Shown in pieces: positions 39,885 to 54,312 of a stretch of 64,000 nucleotides of DNA. Position 1 is the stretch's first letter, and each line of letters opens with the position of its first letter. This stretch comes from Bigelowiella natans CCMP2755 (lineage: Eukaryota > Protista > Cercozoa). Position numbers and translations under genes: made by a program. The notes beneath the pieces are model-generated. The model did no database searches. It was given only the letters and a program-made list of their open reading frames with translations, and had not been told where the DNA came from. The stretch covers positions 1 to 64,000 of the forward strand of contig ADNK01002591.1 of assembly GCA_000320545.1 (NCBI GenBank), read 5' to 3'.

Positions 39885-42800
39885 TCACGTGTCATTCGGT
39901 ATGCGAAGGTTCCTCACACGGCTTCTGCCGATTGGAACCATTACGTCTCTCCCAGGTAGAGCTGCAGTCGACATTGATGATGTTGATGATGATTTGGAGG
40001 ATGATGCATCGAAACTCCAGTGTAGATCCATCAGTGACTCATTCGAAGTCTTGAGCCACTCGACAAGCATTCTCGAAGGAAGAGGTGCGAGGGAGGCCTC
40101 AAGTTCTAGGAAGCTGTCGCCATGCCTCTTGCTCACCGACACTTGACCTGACTTCTCGAAGGCGGAGATTGGCTGTTCCAGATCAAGAAACGTGACATCA
40201 TCCCCAACGCCGACGACGAGACGCAGTCTCAACTTGTTCTTCATTTGTTCTAACTCTTCGTACGCGCGCTTGGAAATAGACTGCCTCGAAGTTTCGAAGA
40301 ATTTACTCCCCTTCCCATTCTCATTCGTGGAAGAATCGAAGGTAGTTTCAGTCTCGAGCATGGATGATGAGGAAGCTGCGGAACCGCGCTTACTTTTCTT
40401 TTCTTTGTCGACGCGGAACTTTTGCGCCGTATTTCGAACGGCAGATTCTTGTTTGGCTTTAGCTTCTAGATCTCTTTTTCTCGTCACAGCCGCCCACTTA
40501 TGGATCGCTTCCGCAGCGTAGCAAGCCGCTGAACTTGCTGCCATAACGATTGACGGTGACGCTAATAACGATGATGATGATGACTGGCTCAAGGTATCCG
40601 AGATTTGGCCGTTTGCAAACTTAAACCCTCTCCTCAAGTTTGTACTGCTAGTATCTTCTTTTCTGTGCCCTGGTTGCTTGTGTTGCTTCTGATCAGAAGA
40701 GCATTCTGCTGCTCCTTCGATGTGTAGCTTCTGCAATCCTCTGTTCGGTACATTACGGTTCACCACAGTCACGTCGCTACCGTGCGTTTTTGTATCGTGG
40801 CGACCACCACCACCACCACTACTATTTCCACTCGTGATGTCTACAATTTCCATATTGGCGTCATCGTCGATTTTCGTTGTCATTTGTGTTAGCTTCTTGA
40901 TCACTCCCCCACTTCCCGCCTCTCCTTCAGGCTTCCTGTCTTCTTTTTCTGCTACTGAAGATGCTAGTTGTGACGTTGAATCCTTCGCAGGCTCAAAAAC
41001 AGCTGAGCATTTCTCTTTAATCTCTCTTGCTGATGAGAGCACATGGTACGAAGTGAGCTTTGCAATGAACTTTTGCGTTCTTTCGGAGGAGGCAGCGTCT
41101 TTTCGTGCCGATGTGTAAGAGTTGAAGTTTTTTGTTTTCCCCACGGGTGAGGAAGCAGCCGGTGCGTTGGTGCCACCCCCTCGACCCATTCTTCCTCCTC
41201 CTTCTGCTGCCATTCTACCACAGCCATTTCTCACACTGTCGTCCGCTCGTAGTGCTAGGGAGAAAGCAAGGCAGAGCTGTCCTTTCTGCAGACGATGCCG
41301 GTTTTGACTAACCCACTCTTCGGGGCAGGAAGGGTCCGGAAACTTAGAGGTAAGGTTTGAGGCACGATTACAGTCGTCATCGCTGGTAATCCCGACCCTG
41401 TTGTTTTTAATCTTCACCTTTCTCTTCCTGGTCGTCCCTTCTGCATCATTAACGCTTGTGTCCACATGATTATTGCTCCTATCGCTTTCCATAGATAACT
41501 GTGAACCCTTCTTTCCGTCGGCTTTCGACACCAAAGACGCCAGAGAAGGCGAGGAAGGCCGCGATTCCACACCATCAGTTGATTTGGATCTTTCCAATGA
41601 ACGATAGGTTGTTAGTACGACGCGCTCAAGCTCTGTAAGTGAGAAGGATGGTATTAAGGCTGACGATGATTGTGATGACGTGGATGTGAACCCTGATGAT
41701 GATGATGACTGCTCCGAGGAGGAAGTTGCCCGTGCTGCCATTCTTGCCGTCGTCAGAGGGGGTTCCGACCAATGACCCCAGATCTCATGCACCATGTGCC
41801 GTAGAGGAGAACGATTCTGCAGCTTCACATTGCTCATCACGAACCGCCACTTAGATCCTCCCTTCCTCCTCCTTGTACTAGCTGCTCCAGCAGCGGCAGC
41901 TGTTGTTACCGGTGCCGTCGGGAAAATTGCAGCACCCGTAGTGCGAATACTACCACTGCGAAGATCGCTAGTGCGAAGACCGTTATTATTGTACACGAAG
42001 GAGTGAGAAGAAGCAGTTAAGGACGGTCTCAAGTCCATTAATTCTAGGAATCTAGCCAATCCAGTCAACTTACGGTTCAAGGTGGAAAATTGACGGTTAC
42101 GAGCCCCAACATCTACTGCTTCCATCGCTTGTTTCCTTTCCACATACGCGCCATCTTTGCTCCCAAATGGTGGTACAGGCGTGCTGGTGAAGTTAGAATT
42201 TGCGAGACGAAACGCTGAATAAGAACGCATCCTCCGAGTAGAGCCGAACGTATTTGACTTCAAACGACGTGCCGCCATCTCGGGAGGACTATTTCTTTTG
42301 GATTGTAATTGACGAATCGTTGGCTGTTGACCCGTTTCCACACCTCTACTTCGTCCAAACTCTTCTTTCAAATCTGGGAATGATTTGCGGAACTGTGTCA
42401 ACTCTATTTGTGTCTGGAAACCCCTCTGAGAAGAACCAGCATTCCTCCCTAAAGTTTTGAGCGTAGAACTTTGGACGCGAAATCTGGACGAAGGCACAGA
42501 TCTAGCTCGTACAAAAGACGGTGCAGAATGCTGCGAAGGAGAAGAAGAAGATGAAAATGGCGATGTAGCTCTATGGCTTGTGTGTGCAGGTGAGAAATAC
42601 TGGGCAAAACGCTGCTGAGGAGTTGGAGGTTTTGGCGGCGATGAAAATCCCTCACTAGAAGTATTTGGGTGAATTTTGTCCCCTCTTTCCTCTGAATCTA
42701 GATCGCTCTCAGAAATGTAAGGTTTTACAGTTTGCTGCTTCGCTACTCCATTCATACGGGTTGGAAAGGCGCCTGGTGACGCCCTGGGCACTGGGGAAGG

Positions 42801-43431
42801 TCGAGTGGGATCTGAAAGTGACAATGTTTCAGAAACAGCAGACAATGTTTCAAAGAACCACATCACAACAAAGAGCTTCCCAGAGAATTTGAAAAACATT
42901 CATACTCATACAAGCCCGGTCCACTGTTGTTCCGCCTCCAACACCGCTTCCACTGCTTCCATCACCGTCACTTCCATGATTCATAGCCACCTAGATCTAC
43001 GGGCGTAGCGCCATGATTGCCATTTTTGAACTAGTTCTGGAAGAGTTGTCGTAGGTAGAATTTCCTGGTACATTCACCAGTGTCGCTGCATGCAGCTTTC
43101 AAAAAAGCTGGTCGATACCTGTACATGTACATAAATTTCATGTCCGATCTTTCTTTGTCAGAAGTTTCAATAAAATTTTCCTCCTGCGACATGTGTGTTT
43201 CTGGAATAATCCTGGAAAAATCCCCAATCTCGTTGGTCTTCGATGTTTGTCCGGGTCGTATGAGCTTCGTACCCTTTTCTTTTGTGGAAGAGAACATCGG
43301 GAATATCCGGGAATTTCTTTCAATAATGAATTTATACGGGTATTTTTTTTATGAGGCAACATAAACCTCTCTATTTCCAGGAGAATGTACATATCTTGTG
43401 GGATCCAACTACCGCTGGATTTGGCTTCCAT
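39885..43431 (-). CDS. Unknown Ser-rich, largely low-complexity protein of about 1000 aa or more
   Basis: Uninterrupted 1004-codon ORF at 39885-42899, with possible small upstream exons to an ATG at about 43431. No domain recognised. Confidence 0.65.
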
Positions 43432-44044
43432 TGTCGCACAAGCCGAATGTAGGGGCACAAAAAGTAGAAATTTTAGATCGAGTCGTTGGTGAAAATTTAT
43501 GAGAAAGATCTCTGAGCGTTGTCGTTATGCTGTAATCATAATGCATTTAGTTTTCATTTAGTTATTTCGTGCTTCCGGAGGCCTGGAAATAAATCTGAAA
43601 TATGGCAGACACCTACAAAAACCACGCGCCCAGTTGCCGACAGGTTTGAGCCACCCCACCCTCCAGTTAATATCTGTCCTTCTGCAAGCACACCATTCAA
43701 TTGCCTCTGCCACATGTGAAATCTTAAAAGTCGTGATAGATTATAGATTGTAGTAAGATTGGTGGTACCCGTGTGTAGTCAGGCGGTGTAACTGAATTAC
43801 GTCATGCATCACCGGAGCAGTGTTGTTACACCGCAGGGTTGACAAACAGATTTTTAGGGCAATTTGTATGCCATCAACAAACACTAAGCCGTTAAGCCTA
43901 CTTGTTTACCCTACTCTGCTGAATCGTATTGCATTGGCGCCACGGATTCTCTGAATTGATGATACAGTGCGGAGATAACCAAAGGCTTGGCCCAAGATTT
44001 GCATTTTCCGTCATAATATGCATCACCTTCCACTTATTCAGGAA

Positions 44045-45536
44045 ATGGCGAGCAAGAGCGCAGACGACACAAAAACAACAAGCAAATTGCTTGGGGTAAC
44101 AACCATTTTGACTATCTTTATCTCTTGCTTGCTACGTGCGCGCGTATGTGTGTTTGTGTGTTATTGTTACTGTTCATAATTCGCTCGTAATAGGTCAATT
44201 TACCGAGGTTAATTTTCCACTTATACATATTTTAGCTTATACGTGAATATAATGAGTGTGAAGTATCATGTAACCAAGTAGTTACCTGAGTGTGATACCT
44301 TCTGGTGTGCTATCTAGCTCAAGCAAGATGACTATGAAGTCCTTGTTATGGCTGCGAGTGCCATTGGACTTTCCATTCTCTACAACCTTCTGCAAGAGAG
44401 GTAGCATACCTTCCTTCTATTTGTGCATAATACTAATGTCAGTGCACTCACTCATTATGTGCTCTTCCTTCTATTCTACAGTATGTTCACTTCTGATGCG
44501 AAGAAGTACACTGGTATGATTACCATGATGACATCTCTCGTGTACGCTGTGCTAGCGTTCTTCGAGTTCAAACACGAGCTAGTCTCGCATGCAAAAACCA
44601 AAGCAGCTCATGGAGGTGATGAGGGCACAACAGTGAAAACAGGTGTCCTGGAGAACATGAAAGGTATTAACGCCATACGGAATCTAACGTCTGACGAACA
44701 TGCTTAGACCTCGAGAAGACAGATGAATCTTCGGGATTGACCTTGCATCGTTGTTCAAAACCAATTTGTCGATGAAGGTACCGCGTTCGATTATGCGAGA
44801 CTTGGAACTCTCACGGCTGCGGGAATGTACTTCACGAACTGGTAGTAAAACACCATGATAACCAAGTGATGATTTTGGTGACGAAGCTAAAGAAGAATAG
44901 GAATCGCCAAACCTGGCCACACCTAAGTACTACACCTTATCTTCTTTTCCGTTTCTTCTCATTCATAGGTCTCTTCAGTACCTCAACTACACCCTCCGCG
45001 TGCTCTTCAAAGCATCCAAAATCCTCCCAACTGTCTTGGTGCGTGGGAGAAGGCCGAGGAACATCATCCGAAACAAAACAATTTTACACATTCATCGATA
45101 TTATATATTATAAGTACACTTTAAAAAATTTCAGAACTGAAACATCCCCTCTTCGATATAAACAATAATTTCATTGTTTGCCATGTACGCTAGATTGCTG
45201 TCATGTTCTACAAGAAGAAGTTCAGCGTGGCTGAGTACGTCAACATCCTCGTCCTCGTCGCTTCCATCGTACTGTTTTCCTACGGAGATGCTGTTGGAAA
45301 AGGTGCGCTCTTGTTCTGCTTTAAATCTGTTTGCGCTCTCTTTGCTTCTCAACACCCTGTACCGATTTTTTGCCTTGAGATGTGAAGAGAATGATTGTGC
45401 CTCTCACCCCGCAGGAAAAACTGATAACGCCTCGTTCGACATCTTCGGAATCGCCCTTATCACCGTTGGTGTCATCGCGGATGCTCTGACTTCTAACTTT
45501 GAGGTATGACGGAGAATGCGTATGTGGTGGGTGATT

Positions 45537-45576
<40 letters not shown>

Positions 45577-45607
45577 CAGTCTGCTCTGGGACGGAATCGA
45601 TTACCAT

Positions 45608-45643
<36 letters not shown>

Positions 45644-45856
45644 GTGATGGTGATGGTGGTGGTGGTGATATCATGATTATGAGAATAAATTTCTACTTTC
45701 TCTCGAATTCCAGGGCGAGCATTTGTTCAAGACACGAAAAGCATCCCACTCAGAAGTTATGATGGCGGCCTCTCTTTTTGGCTCGCTCTACATGTTGGTA
45801 CTCATGTTTATGACTGGCAAAGCTATGGACTCCTACCAATATCTTATCGAGTAAGG

Positions 45857-45898
<42 letters not shown>

Positions 45899-46341
45899 CA
45901 CTGCTATTTATAAATATTCATCATTACTGCAATCTATCTTCTTTAAGAAATCCTGACCTGGCAGTTAAAGTTGTCGTCTCCTGCTCTGCTGGATATTTCT
46001 CCATCACCTTCATTCTCAAGATAATCCAAAGGTAAGAAGAAGAAGAAGAAGAAAAAGACGACAAGTATGACGACGTGATATAGAAGACCATAATACAAAT
46101 GACTATCATGTTCATAGTCTTGTGCCTGCTAATTATCTTTATCTCTGCCGTCTTCTTTCTTCTTTTTAGAGTGGGAGCCGTAACGGCTGAGATCGTCAAA
46201 TCCGTGCGTCGCGTGGTTTCGATCGTATTGTCTTTCATTATCTACTCTAAGCCTTTCCTCTCGTGGCACTTGGTAATAGTCAACTTCTTGTTGACATTCA
46301 TCATTCAACTGCATGCACGTGCACACTTCCAACATATGGAC

Positions 46342-46377
<36 letters not shown>

Positions 46378-46672
46378 AAATACACAAACATCGCTCGCAG
46401 TTCCACCTGAAACAACTCCAGCTACTTCTCTTACGCCCTGATCTTGACTAGCTTCTCTTCACCTTCTTATATCTCCTTCTGAATAGATCGGTTCTCTCTT
46501 CTTCGTCCTCTTCATATACAACACCTTCCAAGCGAAGGTTGCTAAGCAAAAGGCTAAGGATGCCGCGAAAGCTGCAAAGCAAATACAAGAGGTGTGCATG
46601 AGAAGTACAGTAGTTGTAGTAGGAGTAACCGATTCTGGTAGATGTTTTTGTCCAGCACCTCACACGCCGTAG
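44045..46672 (+). CDS. UAA-family nucleotide-sugar/PAPS transporter (SLC35B2/B3-like), about 11 exons
   Basis: Spliced motifs LYNLLQE, SLQYLNYPLRVLFKASKILP, GIALITVGVIADALTSNFE and GAVTAEIVKSVRRVVSIVLSFIIYSKPF, with multiple hydrophobic helices. The 3' end is uncertain. Confidence 0.88.
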
Positions 46673-47760
46673 CAATTGGCAGCATCAGAACAATTATCAT
46701 AACACTAAATGGTTCGTACATCGGGTAATCTTCAGAGGAGACGTTGAATAATAATAAAACTAGAATCAGGGCCAAAATCTCCTCTGTGATCGGGAAGTAG
46801 CCCTTCTTGCTTGCTACGCTGAAAATTTCCTTTCAATATCATATAAATAGGCTGTGGACTTAGAGGTGTTCGGTAACGGAAACAAGAAGAATGGAGGTGG
46901 GCACTGAGGGTGATATCACTGTGTTCAAATTAGATTAGAGATGGCAAATATTGATTCGCAAGTTAGTTAAGCATTCAGCGGTTACTGGAACTGATGAAAA
47001 ACTTTGTCATAGCAGGATAGAATTGTTGTGTTAGAGCGTTATTGTGAAGATGTTGCAACCGCTCCCATTTCAAATATTTAGTAATAATACATTGAATTCA
47101 ACTTGACAAACTACATCGTGATTGACCCCATGCCAGCGAGGAATGCGAGCGCCTATCCGCGAAGCAATTCAGTCACGGACGGCTCGCTAGCTCGGCACAT
47201 CATCTAGATCATTGCGCTTGCTCGATTAGCGCTGCAAGCTAGTTTCACACAAATTAATATGTGACATGCACATCGCTAGATCGCCGAGCATCTGAGTGAT
47301 GATGATAAGCAGTGGCACTGCCAGATAGATGCATGGATGATGATGAGATAGTGTCTAGTGTGTAGCTAGCTATTATACTATAGTCTATATCGCATGTGCT
47401 AGTGTGTGCTGCATGCACCAAGAACTAGCTAGCTATAGAGAAGGGTATACATGTCTAATAACTGAAAACCTAGATTGCTAGCGCACGTTTAGCAAGTCAA
47501 AGTCGCAACTGAGATGTAAGATGGATGTAATAAATCGCATAAATTTCTTTATACAAAACGTTATATATCATTGATCATCGCCGTGCGTATACATACATTT
47601 GAACGCATAGCTATAAAGGACTGATTCATTCGGATCCGCTAAATATCATTTACTTAATAAATCTCACGCTGGTAAGGTAGCTTCGCCTCAATATTTTTCC
47701 ATGTCCTGTGAGCTAGCCACTGTAGCAGCATCCACGTTTGTATTCTTCGTTTTGTTCACA

Positions 47761-49404
47761 CTACTCTGTCTCAGTTGTCGCGCACCGTGGAGAATGCGCC
47801 GCGTGAAGAACCTTATCGTTTAGTTTCTGGTTTGAAGGCTGCTGGCCTCCGTTCGTTGTATTCGTAGTAGCGGCGGCACCACCACCATCACTACGGCCTT
47901 CAGCTGCTGTAACACCCTCGTCTCTCAGCGTTGTTAGCTTGCAACGAAGAGTCCCTGAACATGGGAGAGGGAGAGGAGGAGGAGGAGGAGGAGGAGGAGG
48001 AGGAGAGGGGAAAGTAAGTCATAAGAGGAGTATATGCATCGACGATAGGTCATCATGGCTGCTAACCTATTCCTTGGCACGATGCAGAGAGGATGTCCCC
48101 CGCGGTTACAGGCGTTTTGAGAGAGATCTCCGTGTGTTTCGTGCCCTGATGATGAGGAATGATAGAGGATGATGGATCATCATGATGACGACGACGATGA
48201 TGATGATGATGATGGTGTTTGAGCTAGGGAGAAAAAGATGACATCATGATGTTCTTTTGCCTATTTAATTAGTATGGTTTGGAAGCTATGCGGAGACAAT
48301 AAGAACAAGAATCACCGTGAGGATAAGACTGCCCGCTGGGAGAGTAGTACGCTGCAACAACCAGAGTAAATTGTGATTAAAACGACGACCATCACTACTG
48401 CTTACGGGTGTGTAGACAATGTAAACGATGACGGTGCTTGATACCCTAGAAAGCTTTGCTATAAGTCGCGGCACTGAAACGCATAGAGAGGAGGTGTCAA
48501 AGTCCTGGAGAATCTCCTCATCGTTCAGATACAACGTCACACGAACACGTGAAGGATCGACGAGATCTGAAGGAATTTACGGAATTGCGCAAGAATGAGT
48601 TATTGTTGTAGAGCAAAATAGTGATAACGACGATGATGGTGATGGCCACATGGACCCCTTCTCCTTCTGGTGTGGAAAACTTTGCGATCTCTTCACGAAC
48701 GATCCCCACACAGTTCTCGACGTAGACATTATTGACATCATCACCGCATCTCCATGACTCAACATCGCATTTTGTTGTTGTTGTTGTTGTTTTCATATTA
48801 CTACCTTTCATCATGACGTAAGGACCGATGGCAAGGGACTTGTCTCCATTGTCAGACCAGAAACTAACAATTGATTATCCATGGTGAGATGATGGCGAAG
48901 ATCGTACCGCGTTGAAGATATACAACGAAGACAATGATGACGATAGTCAATTCTTACATGCTCCCTGACGCTTTTCCCCACCACAACTTACTTCGTAAAC
49001 CCTCGGTTGTCCCTGTCGTGCACCTCGGTTCGCACGCGAATGCAGATTGTGTAGCCAAGCGTGTAATCGGCCACCTCTCTGGAGCTCACGGCCTGATTGA
49101 TAGATGATGATGGCCTTGATTGATTAGTGGACAATTCTCATCACCTAGTTCCAGTAAGAACTGAATAATAACACTAAACATAAAGCAAAATCTTCTTCGC
49201 TGATTGGGTGAAGAGCGAGAGCAGCAACTAACCTTACATTCCTTAAGCAGGACCACGCCAAGATGAGCTGACGCTACGACCTGCTTGCTCCCATCAGGAA
49301 TCATCTGGGCAAGAAGGGATAATGTGAAGAACCGATATACATGCTGTGGTGGTTGTTCACACAAAGCAACAGCAGCAGCGGATAATAGCTGCCATAAAAA
49401 CCCG

Positions 49405-49438
<34 letters not shown>

Positions 49439-50402
49439 TCTCATAATCTACCAGGCTGCTCTCTGGCCCCACTAGCGACCCCGGGGAGACGACTTGGATC
49501 TCCATCGCGTTGCGGTTGAGGGGTGAGAGCCGAGTGCTGTCTACATCTGTGACTGTCATGTTCAATCGTGAACGCGCAGCCCTATGGAACCTCCTGAATA
49601 GTTATGTAATTATAATTCGGTGCGATGTGATAGCGTGAGGAGTAACAGCCTAACTGCAAGAAGGCGAATACATTGGTGCTGTGGAGTTGATCTGTGCTCT
49701 GATGATCGATAATGCTTGTTATTTTGTTGAAAAGTCCTTCGTACCGTTGGCTGCTTCCTACGCTTCGAGAATGCTTTAAATCCTGTGATCTCGTTCTTGG
49801 GAATAGTGAGCTTGCGCTCCCTTAACAAACAAACACATGAATAGTGAATGTTTTTACTTTATCAAGAACATTGATCATACCATCAGCATAACACAGCATC
49901 AATACCATGACAATACGTAATTACCACGCTGTGCTACCTCTGCGACTGATGAAAAAGCCTGCTGTTGCAGCTCCTCCTCCTCCTCCTCCTCCTCCTCCTC
50001 TCCTGGGAGGGGATGATGATGTTGACGATGGTGACGACAACATTGGGGGCACTGCTGCTAAGATTAAGGTTGGCCTGTATGTGAGAATCCTATGCGTGAA
50101 GGGAACCATCTTCTTGGTGGGCGTGATGTTGCAGAACATTGATCCCTATCAATTACATAACATTCATTAATCAATCGCCAACCCAACTATCGATGTTGTA
50201 TTAATGAGGATGTGCCACTAACCTCCAACAAGCGGGCGACACCATCCCCCATGTCCTCTCCAAAACGTTCGTTCTGCAAAAGGCATGGTAGGCAAGTCCT
50301 TGATTGAAAAAACATTCTTCCAGCTTTAGAGCTACGAAAAGTGGAGATGGACGAGGCAGAAACGGTTAGGGGGGGGGAGGGGGAAGGGGAAGGAGGTGGG
50401 GG

Positions 50403-50449
<47 letters not shown>

Positions 50450-50948
50450 CGGCATAGAACTGCTACTGACCCCATTCTCATCTATAAATCGAAAGATGTT
50501 CCGAGGTTTTGTCAGCTTAGATTCAGCACTATTTTTGCTTGTCTGGCTTCCATCAGGTGAATATTGCTCCTTTTTGGGAGATGGTGTCCACTCCAGAAGC
50601 TGAATTCCTGACTCGTCGGACTTGTCGTCGATGTAGTATGCACGGTAGATTCGGTACCCGGTGTAGCATCCTGTTTGGGCGACAAAGCACGTGGTTGGGA
50701 TAAGGAAGAGGAGCATAGCAGTAAAAGCCAACGTCTATACTATTGTTACTACTACTACTACTACTATTACTACTACTTTTAAAGAGGAACTTACCCAAAG
50801 CAATCAAGGTTGCCGACGCTCCAGCCCCGGCTATATAGCTCCATCTTGTCTGGAATTTGGTGTAAATAATATATGTGAGAGGATGATTTTGGATGGTTTG
50901 ATAATTGAAACCTTGTCACTTGAGGCCCATCCTCCAATATATCTGATA

Positions 50949-50995
<47 letters not shown>

Positions 50996-51293
50996 ATATG
51001 AATCAGTGCAAATATATAAAATAACAGAATTGAAACCACAGGGAAAAATCCTATCATCCAACCAATGATAGAAAGAGAGAAAACGGGGGCTCAAAGGCTG
51101 CTTTGAAGACGGAATAAACTACATGTTGCAAACACCCCCACGACCAGTGGCTTTGACAACTTTCCCCATTGTACATTATGTGTGCATATGGTGAAATTTT
51201 AGAGGATTCCTCAACGTACCCGGTGACAGACCAGCCAGAAGCCCCGGCGTCGCCACGAGTAGAGGAGAAGGCGGTCGAGGCACGGGCCTCCAT
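47761..51293 (-). CDS. Protein with a C-terminal fumarylacetoacetate-hydrolase (FAH/FAHD) fold and N-terminal hydrophobic segments
   Basis: Exons read SPGSLVGPESSL / QVVASAHLGVVLLKECK / VSSREVADYTLGYTICIRV / DPSRVRVTLYLNDEEILQDFDTSSLCVSVPRLIAKLSR / TTLPAGSLILTGT / TAGDILSASCQGIGTLRCKL. These are colinear with the FAH-family consensus (ELGVVIGK; DYVAGYT; QDGNTSDMIFSIPELIAYLS; TLEPGDVILTGT; GDVVEVEIEGIGTLRN). Confidence 0.75.
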
Positions 51294-52183
51294 TTCCAAC
51301 CGAGCTGAAAGTTAACCGGCAGCTGCTGGAAACACGGTAATAATTTAGGCGATTTCTGCCCAAAATAAACCAGACTATTTTTAGCTAAATTGCTTGCTCT
51401 TCAGCTGTCGCAGCGATGCAATCTGGACAGGAGGGGGGTTGGTGAGGCACGGTGCATATTTCCATGTTACGACAAGCTTAGCGTCAGATTTTAGACCTCA
51501 AATATCCTAGCTCGAAAGCAATTCATAAAGAAGGGGTATACAAACGATACGACACAACTAGACCAGCTGCATCACCTCAAACATCCGACAAAATGATGGA
51601 AATGCGCTCGAGTAGGATTGTCCCTCAAGTCTTTTAGCCAAAAGAAATCCGATTACCGTTCAGAAACTTCCGATTTCCTGATTTCTAACGCCTCAAAGAT
51701 CTTACAGTCACACTAACAACAAGAAAAGCAGCATTCTATGAGAACCACCTGGTGATTTTGCGGGAAGATTCTTGAATCTTGGATGTCGCACGAATAAAAT
51801 GCATCGAAATATCGCACTTTAAAAGGGATTTCCAGGATTTCCACGAGAAGCCGTCGGCAGATATCTGTGCGCCAGTGGCCACACATGCCCAGGCAAACCG
51901 CTGAAGAATTGGTGATGCCGAGGCTTTCGTGAAGGAACAAAGGCAAACATTCTGTCACAGGGACTAAATGTATCCTAATTCCCTTTCTTGTACGGAAACT
52001 CAGTACTCAGCGCACGGAACTGGTTGGAAGAACTGATTTCTCTCTCGTGCGTTCCCTCTCGCCGAGAATCCTTATCAATGATGCGCTTCGAATCGGTGCT
52101 TCATGATTTCTTATCGATTTTAGAAGGAATGTCGGCAAGGCTTGCCGTCTGCTTGATATAAAAGTCGGTAGAGAGGCTTTGAC

Positions 52184-52212
52184 AAAAGCCCAGAGAATTT
52201 CTCTGGGCTTTT
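52184..52212. repeat. Perfect 29-bp palindrome (14-bp arms, 1-nt centre) in a divergent intergenic region
   Basis: AAAAGCCCAGAGAA-T-TTCTCTGGGCTTTT. Confidence 0.9.
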
Positions 52213-52423
52213 ACAGATTAGAGCACAATCTCATTTACAGCTCGAAGTCCGATGAACATTAGGCAGTCAATGTGTGATATATACAGTTTTGTCTTAAATT
52301 CGCGAGCACTGCCTGAGGCATTAATCAGTGCCCTTCAGAGATTTTTTAATGATGGGGCCTACTAGCATAGTTTACGTCGTCCTCGCGTCGTCGTCATTGT
52401 AGCATGCCGTCGCTCATTTATCG

Positions 52424-54276
52424 ATGTCATCGTTATCACCAACATCAGCGTCATTATTCTTAGCATGCATTGTCATTCCTGAACTTCCCTTTCAACTCAT
52501 TCAGTCTCCATGCTTCCGCGGTGGTTTTACCTCGGCTCTGCTCCTGCTCCTCGTTGCATCCGTGCCACTTCTCTTACTTGCAAGGAACCCACCATCCCCT
52601 TGGCGATATGATGAGTTGCAGCCGCGTAATCATCATCGTCGTGCTGACAATGTTGGAATCGGGCCTAGATACCACCGTGGAAATTACTACAACAACCATG
52701 GGTCTGGTTCATATTCGCACGTAAAGGAGCTCACTCCAAAGAGAGCGAGGAGAGTCCGCACGTACTCGGCGGCAGGCAAATTGCGAAGCTCCGAGGTCCT
52801 GTCCGCTGCTGAGAGAAAGAAACTCGACGCGTCTGACGACTCTCTCTTCTATGGGTAAATGCCAGCATGCGTCGTACACAATTACTCCAACTGTTTCTTC
52901 GGAGGTTGTTTGAGCGAGGGGGGAGAAAATTTGTGAGTGTGAATTAGTCATCATCCGTGTCTTGATGACCGAGTTCCTTCGAACACCTGGTCACTACTAC
53001 TACTACTACTGCTACTACCACTACTTTTACATTTTACACCACGCAAACTTGGCAGATTTCCGAGGATGGTGCAGCACGTGGACGAGAGCTTCCTTGCTCA
53101 GCTGACGCAGCTGTAATATTTGCCAAATCTCTCGGACAGACAAACATATAGACAAATATAGAGTGGTTTCAATATGATGGTAATGATGATGACACCAAGA
53201 TGAGGGAAGAAGAGTAGAATGGATATACTCGGAAAGATAAGCATCCACTACTAAGTTTCTCCCCACATGCGGTTTAAGTGATAAAGCGGTCCATGCAATT
53301 ATTCATTAGGTACCGCAAACTAGTTCCATCGAACGCGGATGTGATCGATCTCTGCACTGCATTTGACTCCCACCTCCCGCCTGAAATCACTTACAACTCC
53401 GTCGTAGGGTAGTAGTAGTAGTAGTGGTAGCGATTCTTGCAGTCTCTCGAATATCGAAGTAAACTTCCAAAAAGGCATCACATCTTACACATACGGGGTT
53501 TGGTAGTCCAAAATGATGTTTTTGTATTGCGAATCACTGTATTCACGACATTCTTCTTCTCTTGTATCATCGCTATTGCTGTGATATGGACGATAACAAT
53601 AATTTGTTTTGCATATATTGTTAATAATTAGGCATGGAATGAACGAAAAGGAGCTCGCAGCAAACCCTCGCTTGCACCGCTTCTACACGCGTAATCTCAA
53701 CGAAGACCCTACGATTGATCTCGGTATGCTGCTCAACTCTGTCATTCTTTCCAAAAGCAAATAAAAAAGAGGAGGAGGATGAAAGATCAGAGTGATTCGA
53801 GACAAAAAAAGTCACGATCACAAGGAGAAGTTAAAAACATTCTACTCCTGTAACACAGCATGTAGGACAGACGAGCAATCTTTTAATAACCTTTTCTCTA
53901 TAAAGAAGACTGCTACGGAAGCTCGCTTTCCATTCTCAGTGATATCGCTGATATCTCTGCAACTCACTTCACCAAATCTCACTTTTGTATTCATCGCAAC
54001 CGTCATCATCATAATTCACATATCACATGCAGAGGACCAGTCTGTTGACGCCGTACTAATGTGTGTTTCCATCCAGTAAGAGAACAAATAGCAGTCACTA
54101 CTTCACATTAAAACCAAAAGAGATAGGAAAGTGTCTTTTATCAGCTGACTATTTAATGCTTGATCAAGGTACATGCAGCAGCCTGAGAAGCTCTTTAGTG
54201 AGATATTTCGGGTGCTGAAGCCTGGTGGTGTTGCTATTATAAGCTTCTCCAATCGAATGTTCTATTCCAAGGTGGT

Positions 54277-54312
<36 letters not shown>

